A stretch of 57,377 nucleotides of DNA, taken from positions 1 through 57,377 of the forward strand of contig NIVC01004160.1 of the NCBI GenBank assembly GCA_002269645.1, in the 5' to 3' direction. The DNA comes from Macrostomum lignano (taxonomy: Eukaryota). The translations under genes were made by a program, and so were the position numbers. The notes under the pieces were generated by a model. The model had not been told where the DNA came from and did no database searches. It saw nothing but the letters and a program-made list of their open reading frames with translations. Positions 57,301 through 57,377 of the stretch are shown here, piece after piece (the stretch's first letter is position 1; the number at the start of each line of letters is the position of its first letter).

Positions 57301-57377
57301 AGACTTGTCATTACGCCTGAACTACTTACTCATCAACACAGTCATTAAGTTTGATTCACACTGTAAAAATAATATTC
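6718..57377 (+). CDS. Giant multi-exon secreted protein: signal peptide - LLTP (vitellogenin-N/MTP-like) - M23/LECT2-like - >=21 Cys-rich repeats - FN3-like/PAN array; 3' end outside window
   Basis: Exon 1 6718-6900 encodes a signal peptide (MPSSRGGGISLLGLPLLLLLAAAAVKPAES). Plus-strand ORF fragments join through GT-AG introns, e.g. exons 8260-8511, 8611-8736, 10177-10262; the exon ending 30397 joins the exon starting 41042 in frame (NGTID-W-DFDK). No terminal stop or other gene start was recognised between 6718 and the window end. Several single-base frame breaks are present (see findings). Confidence 0.8.
7124..8128. repeat. Intronic minisatellite, 24-bp unit (ggttggtttatggccgaagctcgg)
   Basis: About 40 tandem copies inside intron 1 (6901-8259); source of the spurious repetitive ORFs at 7120-8173. 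Confidence 0.95.
8836..9915. repeat. Intronic minisatellite with alternating 20-bp and 21-bp units (ctgtctcttggtggctgaca / ctgtctcttaggtgggtgcta)
   Basis: About 50 units sharing the core tgtctctt(a)ggtgg, read directly; lies in intron 8737-10176. Confidence 0.95.
14540..14975 (+). CDS. Peptidase M23 / LECT2-like zinc-binding domain within the giant protein
   Basis: HPGVDL (HxxxD, His codon 14609), V..PF.G, V.AGD.LG-like LSAGDKLG, NHIHLS (HxH, 14909-14917) and terminal LDSSKYL (cf. DP..YL) occur in the order of the M23 fold. Confidence 0.75.
15637..30397 (+). CDS. Cys-rich ~180-aa repeat array, copies 1-14
   Basis: Recurrent CP-x(8-14)-C-x5-C-x-G-x-[ED]-CC...W-x3-DPC-x3-F-x2-GFE[NK]W-x-FN-x-[ST]L-x2-F-x-WG...P[VI]P-x-C-x2-NG[ST]L-x-WP...NRL. 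Copies start near 15640, 16480, 17250, 19155, 20760, 22450, 23435, 24740, 25900, 27595, 28150, 28700, 29460 and 29985. Confidence 0.88.
17575..18128 (-). mobile_element. tRNA-derived CORE-like SINE, interrupted by a 216-bp insert
   Basis: Minus-strand head has A box TGGTGGTTAGAGC and B box GGTTCGATT, then gtgtccttgagcaagac...cagttcactcagctgtaaaatggg, which resembles the MIR/CORE-SINE core. Homologous to the copy at 18704-18974. Confidence 0.7.
17721..17928. repeat. Dispersed ~200-bp repeat, copy 1 (copy 2 at 25099-25298)
   Basis: aaattggaatctcagctcgggtctgatcc...ggggagggcaagtaat.cctttcaccgg is near-identical at both positions, in two different introns. Confidence 0.9.
18704..18974 (-). mobile_element. 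tRNA-derived CORE-like SINE
   Basis: Minus strand: A box TAGTGGTTAA, B box GGTTCGATTTCC, then tgtgtccttgagcaagacacttaac...cagctgtaaaatgggtgcc (MIR/CORE-like). The 3' part matches 17575-17700. Confidence 0.75.
19479..20168. repeat. Intronic 15-bp minisatellite (tttggtgctggcgcc) x ~45
   Basis: Almost perfect array with one 1-bp-shorter unit near 19625; source of the spurious VLAPL/GAFGA/WRLWC/RRQHQ ORFs. Confidence 0.97.
21838..22117. repeat. Intronic 24-26-bp minisatellite (cattagtttcgaatataaatacga[g])
   Basis: About 10 tandem copies read directly. Confidence 0.92.
25099..25298. repeat. Dispersed ~200-bp repeat, copy 2
   Basis: Matches 17721-17928 with a few substitutions and a small indel. 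Confidence 0.9.
30419..31255 (-). repeat. 3' LTR (837 bp)
   Basis: Plus strand tgatgtgttcc...cactctaca; direct repeat of 40134-40989. Minus-strand TATAAAT at 31043-31037. Confidence 0.95.
31259..31270 (-). promoter_or_regulatory. Polypurine tract (AAAAAAGGGAGA)
   Basis: Purine run 3 nt upstream of the 3' LTR TG on the element strand. Confidence 0.8.
31436..31810 (-). CDS. Accessory ORF: N-myristoylation motif plus two RING-type zinc fingers (124 aa)
   Basis: The first true ATG (31810; the ORF-track start at 31822 is TTG) gives MGNALSK (MGxxxS). Finger 1: CPIC-x12-C-x3-H-x2-CGQC-x12-CPLC (C3HC4). Finger 2: CAYC-x8-C-x3-H-x2-CMHC-x11-CPLC. Confidence 0.8.
   Translation of the reverse strand: MGNALSKQAPQPQQLYDCPICLTDDLAVKPPTICINEHKVCGQCLSDSHYIQPWQNCPLCRDSLRQCAYCYSWRTFQYCNHQHFICMHCLKQTASRGVIGCPLCNSMPRDCTFRKWCRIKPDAT
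31931..34150 (-). CDS. pol: pol C-terminal part: RT (YVDD), RNase H, integrase
   Basis: HYVDDILAHG; ETDASGTGLGAVL, WSATERELL and TDHAPL (RNase H); HDNPLAGH...C..C zinc finger; SIDITGP, TSDNGSQF and MVERFH (DDE); YKGPYRVV. Confidence 0.95.
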   Translation of the reverse strand: MHYVDDILAHGEDFERLYEATEKALALIQRQGLKLQPTKCKFFRDNVRYLGHQVTAKGISPDPDNVEKVKKFPTPTSITKVQSFLGLAQYFRKFLPNFAKTAKPLYDLLKFDKWKQDNWTQRQQESFDEIKRQLTSDALLQHPDFDKLFIIETDASGTGLGAVLLQETEDKKERPIAYVSRALKPNETKWSATERELLGVLFALRQFHYYIYGSPIQTIVRTDHAPLTYVVTTKGQTNNRLIRMTLKIQDYNYKLVYKPGITNKAADALSRAYEVNAIHPIPNIKELVDETERDNFYQAVKDDDKNIKLSPMERKFLRKQRQHLTINKSRLYWMSDNKPKIYVPYSFRQAILNELHDNPLAGHLSAAKTIARVEQYYFWPTMYGDIKQYCNNCHSCAASKTGRRQKPQLQSIPKSTTMDCLSIDITGPLPPSCLQGIAYTYILTALDIFSKFAIAIPIPDITAQTVAMSFFNEIICKYGTPKNLTSDNGSQFTSQLFQQVVRILNITQIYTSTYNPKANMVERFHRNLHEMITHFAHQQPEDWIIYLQSVTMAYNSAIHRSTDNTPFFLMFGRDFQPPNLLAQQLLPSQYVEVPTSIQKFVTQLHLAWKIAKHNIDNQVALTTGNDARSTTLTAGDIVYLHYPPQQTHKHAQKYKGPYRVVQLTSPTTARLANVQDPHQHQFYVHIHRLKKINTDTATFLPTLDNADRTRSTNRHIATKHEETQTTDVSQPHGYNLRPR
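34051..37107 (-). CDS. env: env C-terminal two-thirds (furin site, TM anchor) fused in frame to aspartic protease and RT N-half
   Basis: RRRR/DIE at 36585-36574. gB-like motifs NPT..FRKITG..NV.A...LLIYKC, CYDKPRI and GFL...N.I......PC. TM GFIFYGACIVWIVTAIFIISSIV at ~35782-35712. Then ALLDSGSS (DSG 35394-35386) and RT motifs YSSPCLLV, RLVCDFRLLN, DLRHGFWQI and PMGLSNSPA. Confidence 0.88.
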   Translation of the reverse strand: MTRNSYLIRNIPFYHNPFEKMESLQLQLSDCRYSKGWCPTPILRNEELYSLPLSPTYHQDYRWQIIRRGDSRYEEPSKSRQYFFAWEVEPEIDCKLQKYHTVEGGLLSNTFLAKSGDLALTFQKKPVEQKLKCKDTDKTLFISEQEIPVYVKDDDKQTFLAIINGTYQQQEQQNRRRRDIERPKLVSNRLLSAKITALDHNLHNQLNHLHRTLVQLTCKMHAINLNYARQNYYVNPTMTFRKITGMTNVLAVPIYEHLLIYKCTPIQHFNILPSNTSTTCYDKPRIEAFYEGKRIQGFLDTVHNIIVGTAIPRPCTTAANYYQLDNALHVIKTTGTTANVTEPEVIVDENYDMEDLKIRFNRTKYTPFADIQLDEITPGWTINDFLQAFITQRKMIHQLFTRKDKGTGTGRFPVLVSMDSAIKSFWTNSFWELLNGRGSLYQGFIFYGACIVWIVTAIFIISSIVRCFSQTCPRAKKTVNAIMQRTTTGSDNSLELTETAHCEVQGQPTLATRLYPSIPTTPTAPRIQPPNYQAEQHEPKWPENYVCTLHAEIGKAMAQVIVNNLPCRALLDSGSSITVISQQLCNKLRLAVRPAAIAVAGAGGHSLNILGKADIDLKIANKQLTVPTYIIDRLPNQDVIVGIDTFKQLQLPLTFDFNKQTFRIDTVEQPLINQIRVLPKVTLQQDVIIQPESACWVRAKTTSAADEAMIFDPHRRVTAKHQIMMPTALVLVAKDKQLPVQICNPNTETVHLRQGMCIGHLNTQASVMLIEQATPRLTEEEFQKKINLDDSPITEQQKRKVRQLLWKYNEAFCHHNYDIGRAKDIKQEIKLLPHTEPIQCKPYPIAKHLQQHFDEIIDKMLKHGIISKAISAYSSPCLLVQKKETNERRLVCDFRLLNKYIPTDQQSLPKISELLAKLNTAKLFTVFDLRHGFWQIEIEKESRQYTAFKTYNGQVYEYNRSPMGLSNSPATMSRLTAYMLQDARTCCTMLTTSWPTEKTSNDSMKRRRRPSRLYNVKV
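37104..39425 (-). CDS. gag: gag (capsid-like, CCHC knuckle) - acidic spacer - signal peptide - env N-terminus
   Basis: Gag-like TFSMEKDFNTFVDHFDLVC...W and LL.G.A; CYYCGQEGHYQINC (38720-38679); long D/E-rich tract; hydrophobic KNWLLWIIVILLIAVVAKATA with AxA cleavage site at 37515, then Cys-containing MEKPMICP... Confidence 0.88.
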   Translation of the reverse strand: MARRNPTVHRDIKETVGTFSMEKDFNTFVDHFDLVCREYNLQNPEKAQLLPPLLQGTAREIYGKLDAATQQNYPALIIQLRAHFNRCGTNRSVLLHKLHNRRMQATESFLAFVDDIRQIIKALHQPPLQAADQPPLGAAELAARERQRLMDREQNLILHVINNAQPSLRDRLLRENIETEEDLLRCGMQWEASAPLMTTGNNEVQKLTQQLNKLMQHQTAAIAEQKRRNEQASARCYYCGQEGHYQINCPHWSTRYDKPRQIFNNQKPQKPWQQYQNRQQQSIRRVGNDRRFGNNDRSGNDGRFGNEGRFRNNGYRPRNARYAQRQPTQAMPRYANAITYTPENEQQEQQVFTIDDLEMDFTVPELDISLIEKKTTHEDNTDNTEEANETEMIKLKETTGDSRENRKKVNHKKREETESDTGNEEKMKTGRENNYESTTVDDEKTSTKDKEMKEEEECISYGNDHDCEVHDDTNGYRAEEGMQEELRAENLSSDSDQGYEIQWKDEEMEKEQMKEKPSSDSDECYEIRYKRNGEAYIQTVDYKAEKRYQTQWSETTETSEEATDEDTEITKEQSKSEAFRLNQPMEQPKEYDADMEDNEWQSQPMPAKTTARSKKWKNWLLWIIVILLIAVVAKATAMEKPMICPTDAHIQPMIYKIPTDIKCSYFKTNQTKPKKITIDLYKANIKKHRQLGIVCFRDKHLVEKVWRGQWNRIRFWQHELHVSHAECLQWNQTLFSKDGQLEPDEKVGRHNFTERRTQQTDDMYTFRKHGLTT
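40121..40131 (-). promoter_or_regulatory. Primer-binding site TGGTGATCTCG (possibly tRNA-Trp)
   Basis: TGG starts 2 nt after the 5' LTR CA. It differs from the canonical tRNA-Trp PBS TGGTGACCCCG by two C>T changes, which would still pair by G-U wobble. The tRNA identity is tentative. Confidence 0.65.
40134..40989 (-). repeat. 5' LTR (856 bp)
   Basis: Direct repeat of 30419-31255; minus-strand TATAAAT at 40777-40771. Confidence 0.95.
41042..45400 (+). CDS. Cys-rich ~180-aa repeat array, copies 15-21
   Basis: Same consensus as 15637-30397; copies start near 41140, 41880, 42405, 43015, 43640, 44220 and 44910. Confidence 0.88.
47000..57230 (+). CDS. Array of ~15 FN3/Ig-like modules with D-x-[TS]-PP...G.V.DG...W..F.D.ESGI..Y signatures
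   Basis: DDTPP (47010), DNSPP (48735), DLSPPIAGPVLDG (49165), FRDDESGIAYY, FSDPESDIKEF, DNTPP (50290), DRTPP (51115), DSSPP (51460), DDTPP (52180), FQDPESGIS, DNNPP (54425), FEDSDSGL and DTTPP (56345). Confidence 0.75.
47728..48040 (+). CDS. PAN/apple domain (two exons)
   Basis: CAEDCLKQGDKCRAFNYH|SVNKVCELT...FAYYER matches the PAN pattern C-x3-C...C-x-[AS]FNY...CEL...Y+E. Confidence 0.75.

Noticed and set aside
6718-57377. Calling the giant gene vitellogenin or apolipophorin by name, or calling it a pseudogene
   Set aside because: Only the N-terminal LLTP module is shared and no vWD domain was recognised. Frame breaks follow an error-like pattern, and splice sites and Cys motifs are otherwise intact.

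Overview
Animal (invertebrate-like) genomic DNA with short GT-AG introns; the species cannot be fixed from sequence alone. Contents: (1) the 5' end of a minus-strand gene at the left edge, weakly sacsin-like; (2) a complete 4-exon MOB3 gene (minus, 3416-5475); (3) head-to-head with it, a giant secreted-protein gene (plus, 6718 to beyond the window end, roughly 8,000 aa by a rough exon tally). Its order is signal peptide, large-lipid-transfer (vitellogenin-N/MTP-like) module, M23/LECT2-like Zn domain, at least 21 copies of a ~180-aa Cys-rich repeat I cannot assign to a family, then a long FN3-like DxTPP/DPESGI array with a PAN/apple domain. (4) A 10.6-kb Ty3/Gypsy LTR retrotransposon sits antisense in a ~70-bp intron of that gene (30419-40989). 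Its layout is unusual: gag, acidic spacer, internal signal peptide, herpes-gB-like class III envelope glycoprotein with furin site and TM anchor, then PR-RT-RNaseH-IN. This is probably one ~2,500-aa polyprotein broken by two single-base deletions, and is followed by a small N-myristoylation-motif double-RING ORF before the 3' LTR. The introns also hold CORE-like tRNA-derived SINEs and several minisatellites. All homology calls come from motif recognition by eye, not database searches.
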